Below, piece after piece: positions 9,995-19,298 of a DNA stretch of 64,000 nucleotides. The notes below the pieces were generated by a model that was not told the DNA's origin, did not search any database, and was given only the letters and a program-made list of their open reading frames with translations. A program made the position numbers and the translations under genes. The DNA lies in contig CAWKBC010000035.1 in the NCBI GenBank assembly GCA_963847705.1, forward strand, positions 49,366 through 113,365, written 5' to 3'. The DNA comes from an uncultured Pseudomonadota bacterium (GTDB lineage Bacteria > Myxococcota_A > Polyangia > Fen-1088). Every line of letters starts with the position of its first letter. Position 1 is the first letter of the stretch.

Positions 9995-11440
9995 ATGCTC
10001 GACCTGGTCGACGTCGGTGAGTCGTCCCTGTCGTCCTACGCGGGGGTCGCCCCCGGCGATCTTCTCGACGCTGTGTCGCGCACCGCGCAAGCGCTCCGCG
10101 GCGCGCGCGTGCTGCACGTCAACGCCACACCTTACGGCGGAGGTGTCTCGGAGCTGCTCCGCTCCGTGGTGCCGCTGCTCAACGATCAGGGCCTCTCGGC
10201 CGACTGGCGGATCATCAGCGGCGACGAGCCATTCTTCCAGGTGACCAAGGCGATCCACAACGGGCTGCAGGGGGCGAAGGTGCAGCTCTCCGACGCCGAC
10301 AAGGCGCGCTACCTGGCGACCTCGCGCGCCAACGCCGTGGGCTTCGACCTGGGCTACGACTTCATCTTCATCCACGATCCGCAGCCGGCCGCGCTGCTGG
10401 GGTTCACCGGCAAGGGAGGGGCGCGGTGGATCTGGCGCTCGCACATCGACACCGCGAACGCGAATCCGGAGGTCTGGAGCTTTCTGCGCCCGTTCCTGGC
10501 CGAGTACGACGCGTCCATCTTCACGATGGCCGAGTTCGTCCCCGCCGACCTGCCCACGCCGGTCGTCGAGATCATCCCCCCCGCCATCGATCCCCGGAAC
10601 CCGAAGAACCTGGCGCTCCCGGTGGCGACGGCCCGCCAGGTCCTGGAGTGGATCGGCGTCCGCACCGCGCACCCGCTGGTCACGCAGGTCTCACGCTTCG
10701 ATCCCTGGAAGGATCCGCTGGGCGTCATCGAGGCCTGTCGGCTGGCCCGCCAGGAGGTGCCCGAGCTGCAGCTGGCCCTGGTGGGGTCGATGGCCTCCGA
10801 CGATCCCGAGGGCTGGGACATGTACCGCGCCATCCGGAGCGCGATCGCCGGCGACAAGCGCACGCACCTGTTCACGAACCTGGTCGGCGTCGGCAACGTC
10901 GAGGTCAACGCCTTCCAGGCGCTGTCGAAGGTGGTGGTCCAGAAGTCGCTGCGCGAGGGGTTCGGGCTGGTCGTCGCCGAGGCGTTGTGGAAAGGGACGC
11001 CGGTCGTCGCCGGTCGGGCCGGCGGCATCCCCCTGCAGATGGCCGACGGGACGGGCGGCATCCTGGTCGACAGCGTCGAGGAGTGTGCGCGCGCGCTGGT
11101 CACACTGCTGCGCGACCAGGAGCGCGCACGCGCGCTGGGCGCCAGCGGCCGCGAGCGCGTGCGGCGGCACTTCCTGACCCCGCGGCTGGTCCTCGACGAG
11201 CTCTCGCTCATGCGGCGCATGGCGACCGGCGCCCCCGCGGGCCGCGCCTACGAGCTGGGGTCCCACCGCGATCCGGTCTGCGGCATGGCGGTCGAGGCGG
11301 GCGAGCAGACCACCACCCTCGACGGGTTCACGCTCAGGTTCTGCTCGTCCCAGTGTCGCGCGACCTTCGCGCGCGACCCCGAGCGCTACCTGGGCGCGAC
11401 GGGGGCGCAGGCACTTGGCGCCGGAGCGACCGCCGGCTGA
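9995..11440 (+). CDS. treT: Glycosyltransferring trehalose synthase with C-terminal YHS domain
   Basis: HVNATPYGGGVSE, HDPQP, WRSHID, SRFDPWKD, EGFGL..EALWKG; tail DPVCGM..FCSSQC..F..DPERY. Confidence 0.85.
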   Translation: MLDLVDVGESSLSSYAGVAPGDLLDAVSRTAQALRGARVLHVNATPYGGGVSELLRSVVPLLNDQGLSADWRIISGDEPFFQVTKAIHNGLQGAKVQLSDADKARYLATSRANAVGFDLGYDFIFIHDPQPAALLGFTGKGGARWIWRSHIDTANANPEVWSFLRPFLAEYDASIFTMAEFVPADLPTPVVEIIPPAIDPRNPKNLALPVATARQVLEWIGVRTAHPLVTQVSRFDPWKDPLGVIEACRLARQEVPELQLALVGSMASDDPEGWDMYRAIRSAIAGDKRTHLFTNLVGVGNVEVNAFQALSKVVVQKSLREGFGLVVAEALWKGTPVVAGRAGGIPLQMADGTGGILVDSVEECARALVTLLRDQERARALGASGRERVRRHFLTPRLVLDELSLMRRMATGAPAGRAYELGSHRDPVCGMAVEAGEQTTTLDGFTLRFCSSQCRATFARDPERYLGATGAQALGAGATAG

Positions 11441-11443
11441 CGG

Positions 11444-11743
11444 CTACAGCTTGCCGCGCGGCGAGCGCTCGCCGGCCTCCCGTCGGGCGGCGTGCTCTTC
11501 GGAGGCCGCCTCGATGTCCTCGTCGTCCCCATCACCAGCGTCCCGGGGCTTGGAGACCTGCGGCTGCTCGTCCAGGGAAGGGTGATGCAGACGGCGACTC
11601 TCCACGTCGGCGCGAACAGGGGCACTGCCCTCCGCACGGTCGGCGGCACGTTCCGCTTGGTCGCCCGGTTTTTCCTCCACGGCGTCACCTTTCCAGTGCG
11701 ATGGCTGCTCCCTGCTGGCCTTCTTGCCGCTCTTCTTCGCCAT
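11444..11743 (-). CDS. Small hydrophilic hypothetical protein
   Basis: ORF with genome-like codon usage, Lys-rich start MAKKSGKK. Confidence 0.5.
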   Translation of the reverse strand: MAKKSGKKASREQPSHWKGDAVEEKPGDQAERAADRAEGSAPVRADVESRRLHHPSLDEQPQVSKPRDAGDGDDEDIEAASEEHAARREAGERSPRGKL

Positions 11744-11850
11744 GCCCGGAAGCTGTCCACCCGAGCAGAGTTCGTCAACTCGTGCCCCTCCGGGTCGAAC
11801 CAGGTCGGCCGGGTTGCCGACCACGGCCGGCGGTCCTAAGCTCGAAGCCC

Positions 11851-12093
11851 ATGGGGCACCTCATGGACCGCTGCGATGTGATCGACGTGCTGGAAGAATC
11901 GGTGACGTTGCGCCGGCCGGTCACGGTCGAGCTGAAGGGGGGCAAACACTTCGTCGATCAACCGAAGGACGTCGTGACCGCCGACCACCGCGAGTGGGTG
12001 CAGTTCCACCAGCACGAGCAGATCGCCGTCGACGACATCGCCTTCTGCGCGCCGGCGTCGCCGCCCGAGGCGACCTACCGCGGCAAGACCTAG
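11851..12093 (+). CDS. rof: Rho-binding antiterminator Rof/YaeO-like protein
   Basis: C-D-x-x-D-x-LE..V.VEL..G..DV.T....EW pattern in an 80-aa ORF. Confidence 0.65.
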   Translation: MGHLMDRCDVIDVLEESVTLRRPVTVELKGGKHFVDQPKDVVTADHREWVQFHQHEQIAVDDIAFCAPASPPEATYRGKT

Positions 12094-12108
12094 GTCCGGT
12101 TCAACCAG

Positions 12109-12250
12109 CGACCAGCGTGGGACGGTCCGAAACGACCAGCATGGGACGGTCCGAAACGACCAGCATGGGACGGTCCGAAACGACCAGCATGGGACGGTCC
12201 GAAACGACCAGCATGGGACGGTCCGAAACGACCAGCGTTGGACGGTCCGA
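12109..12250. repeat. Tandem repeat, 24-bp unit x ~6
   Basis: CGACCAGCATGGGACGGTCCGAAA repeated head-to-tail with no spacers. Confidence 0.95.
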
Positions 12251-12349
12251 GGTGATGCAGGTGTGGCCGCGGCGGAGCTCGAACCACTGCCCCCGCGTCG
12301 TATATCGGTGAGCGTGCCAGAGGCACAGCCAGGCGTTGCATTTTCGGGC

Positions 12350-12841
12350 ATGAGGACCACTCTTGCGTGGATGCGTGCATTTCACGGGCGTCTCATCGGT
12401 GCCACCTGCTTGCTTGCTTCGGCGTCGTTCGGATGCACGCGTGCGTCCGAAAGCTCGACGCCTGGCGCAGCAGGGACGGCCGGGAGCGTCGTGCGCGACG
12501 ACATGAGAGGCGTGGCCAAAACGACCGAGAAGACGGCGAAAGACATCGGCCACGCCGCCGTCGACCTCGCCGACAAGGCGGGCAGCGGCCTCCAGGACGC
12601 GACCCACAAAGCCAGCGCCGGCGGCCAGGACGCCTGGATCACGACAAAGGTCAAAAGCGCGCTGACGAGCGATGGCTTGGACCCCCTCCACATCCACGTC
12701 GACACCGACGCCGAGGTCGTCACGCTCTCCGGTTCCGTCGATTCGGCGGCCAACAGAGAGAAGGCGGTCAGCGTGGCCAGGCACGTCACTGGCGTGCTCG
12801 GGGTGAAGGACCACCTGTTCGTAAAGCCCGATACCCGTTAG
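12350..12841 (+). CDS. BON-domain (OsmY-like) lipoprotein
   Basis: Lipobox SFGC; DAWITTKVKSAL..IHVDT..VVTLSGSV..GVLGVKDHL. Confidence 0.9.
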   Translation: MRTTLAWMRAFHGRLIGATCLLASASFGCTRASESSTPGAAGTAGSVVRDDMRGVAKTTEKTAKDIGHAAVDLADKAGSGLQDATHKASAGGQDAWITTKVKSALTSDGLDPLHIHVDTDAEVVTLSGSVDSAANREKAVSVARHVTGVLGVKDHLFVKPDTR

Positions 12842-12886
12842 GCGCCGCGAAGGCCCGGTGCTGTGCCCAGTTCAGATGACTTCGAC

Positions 12887-12931
12887 TTGTGGGCGCGGCG
12901 GGACTCGAACCCACTACCCCCGGCTTCGGAG
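12887..12931 (-). repeat. att site (displaced 3' half of tRNA-Arg)
   Basis: TTGTGGGCGCGGCGGGACTCGAACCCACTACCCCCGGCTTCGGAG identical to 35417-35461; identity stops exactly at the anticodon loop. Confidence 0.97.
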
Positions 12932-13279
12932 TTATCGAAAATCCATCAGCAACGCGTTGCAAGCGTTAGCAAGGGCGCGACAGTATTGCATTTACTTGGC
13001 GCGTCAGAGCTTGACCAGTTGCAGCAACAAGCACCGTTTAGCAGTCCGTTTGCTACATCTGTGCTACAGGCGGCTGTAGCAAATCGAGCCGGGGGTAGTG
13101 GGTCTGGGGGACCCTTGCTGACCGTGCGGGAGGTGGCCGAGCGGCTACGCGTCTGTACCGCGACGGTGTACCGACTGTGCGAGTCGGGAAGGCTCTGGCA
13201 CCTCCGCGTCTCGAACGCCGTGCGGGTGCCAGAGATGGCGCTACAGGCGTTAATGGGCCCGACGGCGCCTGGTCCATAG
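12932..13279 (+). CDS. Detached 3' segment of the integrase gene, with excisionase-like (HTH_17/MerR-like) domain
   Basis: Open through the att core in the same frame as int (LWARRDSNPLPPASE); LLTVREVAERLRVCTATVYRLCESGRL. Confidence 0.8.
   Translation, partial: LSKIHQQRVASVSKGATVLHLLGASELDQLQQQAPFSSPFATSVLQAAVANRAGGSGSGGPLLTVREVAERLRVCTATVYRLCESGRLWHLRVSNAVRVPEMALQALMGPTAPGP
13048..13083. promoter_or_regulatory. Putative integrase arm-type binding sites (left)
   Basis: GTTTGCTACATCTGTGCTACA (13048-13068) identical to 35326-35346; inverted copy TGTAGCAAA at 13075-13083. Confidence 0.75.
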
Positions 13280-13411
13280 CTAAGACGGCTGAGAGGCGGC
13301 GACCACCCGACTATCGTTCCCTGTCGGGAAGGTAGAGGGCACGAAGCACCTCCTCAATCTGCTGCAGCGTCCAGGGCTTCAGCATGCCTGAATTCTAGTA
13401 CGCTGCCCCTC

Positions 13412-14134
13412 ATGGGCGACGTAGATCAGGAATCGTTTTCGGGCGTGCCGAACGCGGTCCTGGACACGAATGTCGGCCTCACGATCTATTCGTGGCACGA
13501 CCTGCTCGATGCGCTGAGGGCGCTCTTGGACCAAGACCAGAACGCGACGCTGGCGCACCCGGCCCTTGAATTTCGGCGACGACGGGCACGCAACGCCTTC
13601 TTGCTGGCTCTGTTTTTTCACCAAAACGAGTGGAAGGCCCTCGTGCCACTCAACGAGTTGCTTAGGATTCTGCTTGCGAAGGTGCCCCCGACCGGCGCCG
13701 AGCACGGCTACAAGTCCAACTTTGTCCGGCTGTACCTGTACTTCGTCAAAGACAAGCTACTGTCAGGATGGGAAGCGGGCGGAGACCTCAACAGCGATGC
13801 GACCCTCAAGGGCAGCGATGTCGACCGGCTCTGCCTCGACCTGGCGGCACACCACCAGATCCCGCTCATCAGTTGGGAGGGCGACGGGCCTACCGGCCCC
13901 GATCCTTCTAAGCTGATCCCTCGCGAAGCGAGGGCGCGAGGGATCAATCTGGTCACACCGGAGGAGCTGTTGCTAAGGCACAAATTCGACCCGGCCCCGG
14001 CTGCCGCCCGGTTTCTCTCAGACTGGGACCGACACGTGGCCGACTACGTATCGGAAAGCCCAGATGCGCGAGAAACGCTGGAATACGCTCGCCCGTTTTT
14101 CCAACGCTTGGCAGAGAACGATTGGACACCCTGA
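13412..14134 (+). CDS. PIN-like nuclease domain protein
   Basis: AVLDTNV start, DVD..LAAHHQIPLIS, GINLVTPEELL end. Confidence 0.65.
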   Translation: MGDVDQESFSGVPNAVLDTNVGLTIYSWHDLLDALRALLDQDQNATLAHPALEFRRRRARNAFLLALFFHQNEWKALVPLNELLRILLAKVPPTGAEHGYKSNFVRLYLYFVKDKLLSGWEAGGDLNSDATLKGSDVDRLCLDLAAHHQIPLISWEGDGPTGPDPSKLIPREARARGINLVTPEELLLRHKFDPAPAAARFLSDWDRHVADYVSESPDARETLEYARPFFQRLAENDWTP

Positions 14135-14135
14135 C

Positions 14136-14993
14136 TTATCGGGAGAGGCGCCGCTTCAGCTGTAGACGCGATCCCAGGTCTTCTTCTATCTGAAGTCCGC
14201 ACGCCTGAAGCATGCTTGCGACGAGAGCGCGTCGTTCCTCGAAGCGATCGAACACGTCGTCATTCACCTTCCGACATCGGCGGACGTAGCGCTTCAACTG
14301 TTCCAGGGGCATCGCTTCAACGAGGGAGCGGTGAAGCACGACGTGCCTAGAGTTCGAGTTCCCGAAAGATCGCAGCGCGAGAGAATCCGCCACCGTCGAA
14401 AGATCCGTCCTGCTCGGGTCATCGAGGGGCATGGCGACGAGCGCGCGCGTCGGATGGACCGGCAGAGCCGCTCCAACTCCCAACCCGGAAAGGCAGCGGT
14501 GATCGGTGAAATAGACCGAGAAGATGCCTGTGGAGGGCACCGCCATAGGGGTCGACGCGACTACTAGACTTAGCGAGACTTGCTCGAGGTATTGGCGAAC
14601 AAACTCGTCGATCTCATCGAGTGGCCACGTGGCTAGTCCCTCAAGGGTCCGGCTCGCATGTTGGCCGATCGGTGAGGCGACCCCTTCGAGGGCCGTCGAG
14701 GTTCGCGACCCCTGGAGCGCCAGCATCAAGACAGCAGCTCGTCGAGATTTTGGATCCTCTAGTGCCGAAGAATCTCCAGCTTCCAGGCGGGGGCGGGCGT
14801 CCCCAAACGGCGTTTCAACGACATCCCGGAGCCAACTCTCGAGCGTCGGGCTGTTGAGATCGTCCTTGGCGTAGACGTCTTTCCATCGAGGGCTTCCAAG
14901 CACGTCGGTTGCCAAATCGAAGTGGTGCAGGAAGTCGCGGTCGATGCGCCAGCGCTTAGTGAGGGACTTCGAGAAGTAGTGGTCGAACGCCAT
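14136..14993 (-). CDS. DUF4238-like protein
   Basis: N-terminal DHYFSKSLTKRW resembles the H-Y-x-P-x-x-x-L-x-x-(F/W) family start; LPVHPTRALV; GAGG before ATG. Confidence 0.6.
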   Translation of the reverse strand: MAFDHYFSKSLTKRWRIDRDFLHHFDLATDVLGSPRWKDVYAKDDLNSPTLESWLRDVVETPFGDARPRLEAGDSSALEDPKSRRAAVLMLALQGSRTSTALEGVASPIGQHASRTLEGLATWPLDEIDEFVRQYLEQVSLSLVVASTPMAVPSTGIFSVYFTDHRCLSGLGVGAALPVHPTRALVAMPLDDPSRTDLSTVADSLALRSFGNSNSRHVVLHRSLVEAMPLEQLKRYVRRCRKVNDDVFDRFEERRALVASMLQACGLQIEEDLGSRLQLKRRLSR

Positions 14994-15141
14994 CCTCAAT
15001 CGCCGAGAGTCCGAGGCTAGCATGTGGCTGCTCACCGAGATTCAGCACCGACCGCGCGGAGTTCTCCCGACCTCCCTCGCCGGGCGGTCGATCTACGTAG
15101 CGCCCACCATGGCCGAAGGCGCTGGTAGAGTCGTCATCGGC

Positions 15142-15978
15142 ATGGCCCCCGCAGTGAAAGACGGGCGTGATCTAGAGCGTGCTGTCTTACTTATCGAGAA
15201 AATGATCCTGGATGAGTTCGGGCTCCCCAAGGGACGGATCACCCTGGAGCCTCGCAAGAGAGTCGTCAGTCCCGAGGGGGTGCCGGACGAGATCGATCTT
15301 CACGTCCGAGTTGAACACGCTCCCGGCTACGAGTCTGTCGTCCTGTTCGAGTGCAAGGATTGGTCGACCCCCTCAGACAAGGACGACGTAGAAATACTGA
15401 AAGGGAAGATGGGCCGGGCGAATGCTTCGGGGGGCGTTCTCGTCGCGCGAGCCTTCACCAGAGGTGCGCGGGCGCTGGCCGATGCGAGCCGGAACATAAA
15501 GCTTCGTTTGGCCATGAATATCCCGGTCTCATCGTTTCTCGAACAGTACGAGGCTTCGTACTTCCACTTTCGAGATCTTCAATACAACGTTCTTTCGAAG
15601 CACGACCTCGTGACGGGAGATCCAGAAGCGGTCCCGGTCACATTCCGCGGCCTTTCAACCAACCTGGACGCTCTTGCTAGACAGCTAGCCATGGACTCAG
15701 CGAGCATTCGTCTCAACGACGAGCCCTGGCCGCTGCCGGACCCCTACTTCGGACAGAGCTACATCATGAAGCCCGGCGAGCTATCGGTCGGCGGTTTCCC
15801 GGCACTTGCTCTCACCGTCCAGGCAACGATCGACGCGATCGGATCTCCTCCGATTCGAGTCGTTGGATTCGATCTCGAAGGCCGGGGCAAGGTCATCCAA
15901 TTCGTCTATCGCTGGCCGAGTGGCGAAGAGCATTTCGTCGCTTTAGCGGCCCCGCCTGAAACGGATAGGGTGAAGTAG
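15142..15978 (+). CDS. Mrr-like PD-(D/E)xK restriction endonuclease domain protein
   Basis: LERAV..EIDLHV..LFECKDW..DVE..GVLVA..FTRGA. Confidence 0.8.
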   Translation: MAPAVKDGRDLERAVLLIEKMILDEFGLPKGRITLEPRKRVVSPEGVPDEIDLHVRVEHAPGYESVVLFECKDWSTPSDKDDVEILKGKMGRANASGGVLVARAFTRGARALADASRNIKLRLAMNIPVSSFLEQYEASYFHFRDLQYNVLSKHDLVTGDPEAVPVTFRGLSTNLDALARQLAMDSASIRLNDEPWPLPDPYFGQSYIMKPGELSVGGFPALALTVQATIDAIGSPPIRVVGFDLEGRGKVIQFVYRWPSGEEHFVALAAPPETDRVK

Positions 15979-16027
15979 ACCAGTCGACGCGAGGTTCGCC
16001 CGGCCTTCAAGGCCGGGTGACTCCTAC

Positions 16028-16056
16028 TTGACCGGCAGAGGCGAGCGATCCAAGCT
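16028..16056 (+). promoter_or_regulatory. Possible sigma70-type promoter
   Basis: TTGACC-17 nt-CAAGCT about 160 nt upstream of ATG 16218. Confidence 0.4.
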
Positions 16057-16217
16057 CTTCCCTGGTCGGTCGGTTCCGGCCTCACCTCGCACAGACTGCC
16101 GGCACGCAGTCCCCGGCGGGGCGAAGGGGGGATGTCCTCAGAGCCGAGATGCTCGTTTCCTCGCTGAGAGTCACCAGGTGCCGCTGCGCTGGCGCTCGGC
16201 TGGAAGGAAACAGTGTC

Positions 16218-17303
16218 ATGGGAAGCAAGTTCAAAGACTTGGTCAGGGCGCGGATGGCGAAGACGAACGAGGGGTGGGAGACGGCTGTGCGCCACGTCCG
16301 GGCCCAAACCCAGGCTGTGGGTGGCCAAGGTGGAGGCGGGCAGCAGCAGCCGCCCGCGAGGCCGCCGATCGAGGCGTTGATGGAGCAGCCGCCCGGCCGT
16401 AGGTCGGCCGACGAGCTGTTGGCGCTGTTGCACACGACGAGCACCTTCGCCGTGCTCGTCGGTAGAATCCCGGCCGCGGCCGGCGGAGCGAACCTCGCGC
16501 TCGTGATGAAGCAAGTGGACGACCTCGCTCGGAATCCGAAGTATTACGCGAAGACGGGCGGGGTCGACATGACGGTATCACTGGACGAGCACAACGCGCT
16601 GATCGCCGCCGGCGCCATCGACGACCGCAAGGGCCAGATCATCCGCTCGCACCGGTTCGCGGCCGGGGAGCCATTCCAAAGACTCACGTTCTCCGACCAG
16701 TGCAAGGAGTGCCGTCGGTGGATCTGGTGCGGCGAGGCGGATCGCGAGTCGAAGTGTATCTGTGGGCATACATACCGCGTGTCCTTCGACCTGGTTGCCG
16801 AGCTGGTCTGGGGAAAGAAGCAACACCAACACTGCATGGACTGCGGTGCGGATTTCGCGATGCACCCCGTGAGCGAGGGCAATAGCCCCTGGCACCCAGT
16901 GAGCATGTGGCAGTTGCAGTGCGACAACTGCCGTCGGTCCGCAACGCCCAACAGCGGCGCCCGTCAAACGGCGACGACCGATGGCCATCGGATGGATCGC
17001 GACGACATCGACGAGACCGTCCGACTCCTGGAACAACAGGCGACCTTGCTTGGCGCACGCTCGGAGGCCCGAGCGGCGGTTATCGCAGAGTTGCAGGCGC
17101 TCCTTCCTCGGCTGTCTGAGAAGGTCAATCCACCTAGGACGAGGCCCGTCAGTTTCACGCGATCGAGTTCGGCACCACGCGGCCGTCCCGAACGTGACCG
17201 CTACAGGGCGCTCATGGGCCGCGTCTACGACGCGCTCGAAAAGCTGAATGCTCCTTTCTCCGAACCGGCCGAGCCCTGGGACAGCGATTCCGTCGGTCCC
17301 TGA
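16218..17303 (+). CDS. Hypothetical protein, KDLVRARMAKT N-terminal helical motif plus two putative Zn-binding modules
   Basis: AAGGA RBS; CKEC..CIC and CMDC..CDNC. Confidence 0.75.
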   Translation: MGSKFKDLVRARMAKTNEGWETAVRHVRAQTQAVGGQGGGGQQQPPARPPIEALMEQPPGRRSADELLALLHTTSTFAVLVGRIPAAAGGANLALVMKQVDDLARNPKYYAKTGGVDMTVSLDEHNALIAAGAIDDRKGQIIRSHRFAAGEPFQRLTFSDQCKECRRWIWCGEADRESKCICGHTYRVSFDLVAELVWGKKQHQHCMDCGADFAMHPVSEGNSPWHPVSMWQLQCDNCRRSATPNSGARQTATTDGHRMDRDDIDETVRLLEQQATLLGARSEARAAVIAELQALLPRLSEKVNPPRTRPVSFTRSSSAPRGRPERDRYRALMGRVYDALEKLNAPFSEPAEPWDSDSVGP

Positions 17304-17333
17304 TTTTTCGGTGTCTCAGGCTGCTTGAACTGT

Positions 17334-17371
17334 GAGAGACCCGCAATCTTCGGGGTGCGGGCCTCTCTTTT
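17334..17371 (+). terminator. Probable intrinsic terminator
   Basis: GAGAGACCCGCA/TGCGGGCCTCTC stem around a CTTCGG loop, followed by TTTT. Confidence 0.6.
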
Positions 17372-17454
17372 GGCCGGGTGTGACCGAGGCCGATGCCAGC
17401 TGACCGCGCGCGTGTCGCGCCGATCGCCCGGCCCGCCACGCCGGAGGTCATCCT

Positions 17455-18816
17455 CTACTGGTAAATCAGGGTGAATCCGGTGAGCACAGACGTGCCGAAT
17501 CCAGTGATCGTGAGGTCATGCCAGCCGGCTTCCAGCGGCCGGTCGAAACGGAGCACGAAAGGGTCGCTCCACGCTCCGGGCCTCTGCCTTTCGTGCGAGG
17601 CGCGCACGTCCCAGCGTTGACTTACTGCAGTCCCCATCTTGATCTCTAGAGAGAAAGTGTCGCCGAGCCCGAACGCTCGTACGCGAGCGATGAACGATTG
17701 GGTCCTGGCAGCGATGTAAACGGGCAGCGAGCCGAGTTCATCAACGGCAGGGAGTGCGTTCACACGACCAGGCACAATCGCCTGAGAAAGGTTGCAGTCC
17801 GTGTTCGAATTTGTGGAGAGAAACGAGAAGGCGGTGAGGCCCTTGACGCTCGCGCTGACGGCTAGCCGATCATCAATCTCGCGCAACAACATGGCTCCAT
17901 CTCGAATCGTTACTTCGTCCCGCCGAGTGACGATGCACTTTCCCAGCAACGAGAGCGTCTGGTGCATTCCCTGCGCGTCGGGATACCTCGCGGCCAAAGC
18001 CGGCCCCTCCCTGTAAAACTGTGAGGCCATTACGTTGTTCCCAGCGAGCAGAAAGTAGATGACCTTCGCCAGAGCGAAGACATCGACCTCTGGCCCATAG
18101 TCGCGTTCGTCTCCGAATTGCACCCAATCGGGCACCCAGTCACGACTGTGGACCGGATCCATGCCGGTCATTCTGGTTGTATCAGCCGTTGGGAGAACGA
18201 TTCCAAGGTCTCCGAGGATGAGACGGTCGTCGTCCCCAACAAAGATGTTCTTCAACTTTACGTCTCGATGAACGGCGCCGCCGGCATGCATCTGTGCCAG
18301 TGCTTCGGCGAGCGGTCGAACGGCTCGAAGCACCCCGAAGGGGCTCCCGCGAAACTTGGAGCGATGCTGCTCAGCGTCGAGGGAACCCCCAAGATGCGCT
18401 TGCATCGCGAACCAGCGCGGCGGATTCGATTGGTCGCAGTCTATGAGTCGGATGAGTGCCGGGTGTGGAAACTTGCGCATGGCTTCCACCTCCCTCTGAA
18501 AACGCGCCAGGTCAGGACCATCTGAGGCATGAGGGATCTTTACGGCGGTTAGAGCTTCCCCGGTGCGACTCGCCCTGAGTAAACGCTCGACGAGAACTTC
18601 TGCATTCGGCGAACTTGGGGCGGCAACTCGGAAACCGCCCCCCGCGGCGTTGTGGGCCAGGTTCAGGATCCAGCGTTCGTAGTTCGTGAACCAACCTACT
18701 AGAAAGCGTTCAACGCAGAGGAACACAGCCCCGCCGCCACCGCGACCAAGCTCTCGAAGTGGTTGCCACCGCGTTGTCTCTAGGAGCTTTCGAACTTCAT
18801 CCGTGGCGTCCGCCAT
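17455..18816 (-). CDS. Stand-alone Ser/Thr protein kinase with beta-rich C-terminal domain
   Basis: LGRGGGGAVF, AVKI, RFQREV, HRDVKLKNIF, GDLGI, DVFALA. Confidence 0.88.
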   Translation of the reverse strand: MADATDEVRKLLETTRWQPLRELGRGGGGAVFLCVERFLVGWFTNYERWILNLAHNAAGGGFRVAAPSSPNAEVLVERLLRASRTGEALTAVKIPHASDGPDLARFQREVEAMRKFPHPALIRLIDCDQSNPPRWFAMQAHLGGSLDAEQHRSKFRGSPFGVLRAVRPLAEALAQMHAGGAVHRDVKLKNIFVGDDDRLILGDLGIVLPTADTTRMTGMDPVHSRDWVPDWVQFGDERDYGPEVDVFALAKVIYFLLAGNNVMASQFYREGPALAARYPDAQGMHQTLSLLGKCIVTRRDEVTIRDGAMLLREIDDRLAVSASVKGLTAFSFLSTNSNTDCNLSQAIVPGRVNALPAVDELGSLPVYIAARTQSFIARVRAFGLGDTFSLEIKMGTAVSQRWDVRASHERQRPGAWSDPFVLRFDRPLEAGWHDLTITGFGTSVLTGFTLIYQ

Positions 18817-19001
18817 GGATGCGCACTCTATGCCGCAATACCGCCACCGAACAGAGCCGTCGAACGTGCGGTGCTGGCTTCGTCCGGCCCACGCCGCCGG
18901 ATTGACGTCGAGGGTGATTCTCGGCCAAGCTCATCTGTGCTCGGGCCATGGGGGGGCGGTTTCGACCGCGGTCGCGAGGAACAGTTCGCTGGAGAAAACT
19001 C

Positions 19002-19298
19002 ATGGCAAACACTGTCGTCGTTACCGTCACCCGCGATGCCGACTCGCTGATCTTCGACGTGGGGCAAGGCGCCGAGGATGTTCGAAAGCTGCCAGGCTTC
19101 AAAGACACCCGGTTCAAGATCAAAGTGTCTGACCTGTCGACAGGCCCGGACTCGAAGGAAACGATGCTGGCGGCCTGCCGTCAGCTCGGCGGAGACCAGT
19201 GGCGTGCAGATCTGAACTGGCAACTGGTGGACGAACGGGGAAACGGCATCGAGGAGTTTCCAGCGTTCAGTGAACGTGGCGGGACGCTCGGTGCCTGA
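19002..19298 (+). CDS. Small hypothetical protein
   Basis: GGAGA RBS, 98-aa ORF overlapping the next gene. Confidence 0.6.
   Translation: MANTVVVTVTRDADSLIFDVGQGAEDVRKLPGFKDTRFKIKVSDLSTGPDSKETMLAACRQLGGDQWRADLNWQLVDERGNGIEEFPAFSERGGTLGA

Noticed and set aside
12109-12250. Possible CRISPR array
   Set aside because: Units are contiguous with no unique spacers and there are no cas genes; the same applies to 57611-57848 and 46612-46948
12887-12931. Second tRNA gene
   Set aside because: Only the anticodon loop to 3' end is present; it is the att duplication
13311-13385. Minus-strand mini-ORF MLKPWTLQQIEEVL..
   Set aside because: Resembles only the KPW tail of a receiver domain; too short to call, probably a remnant
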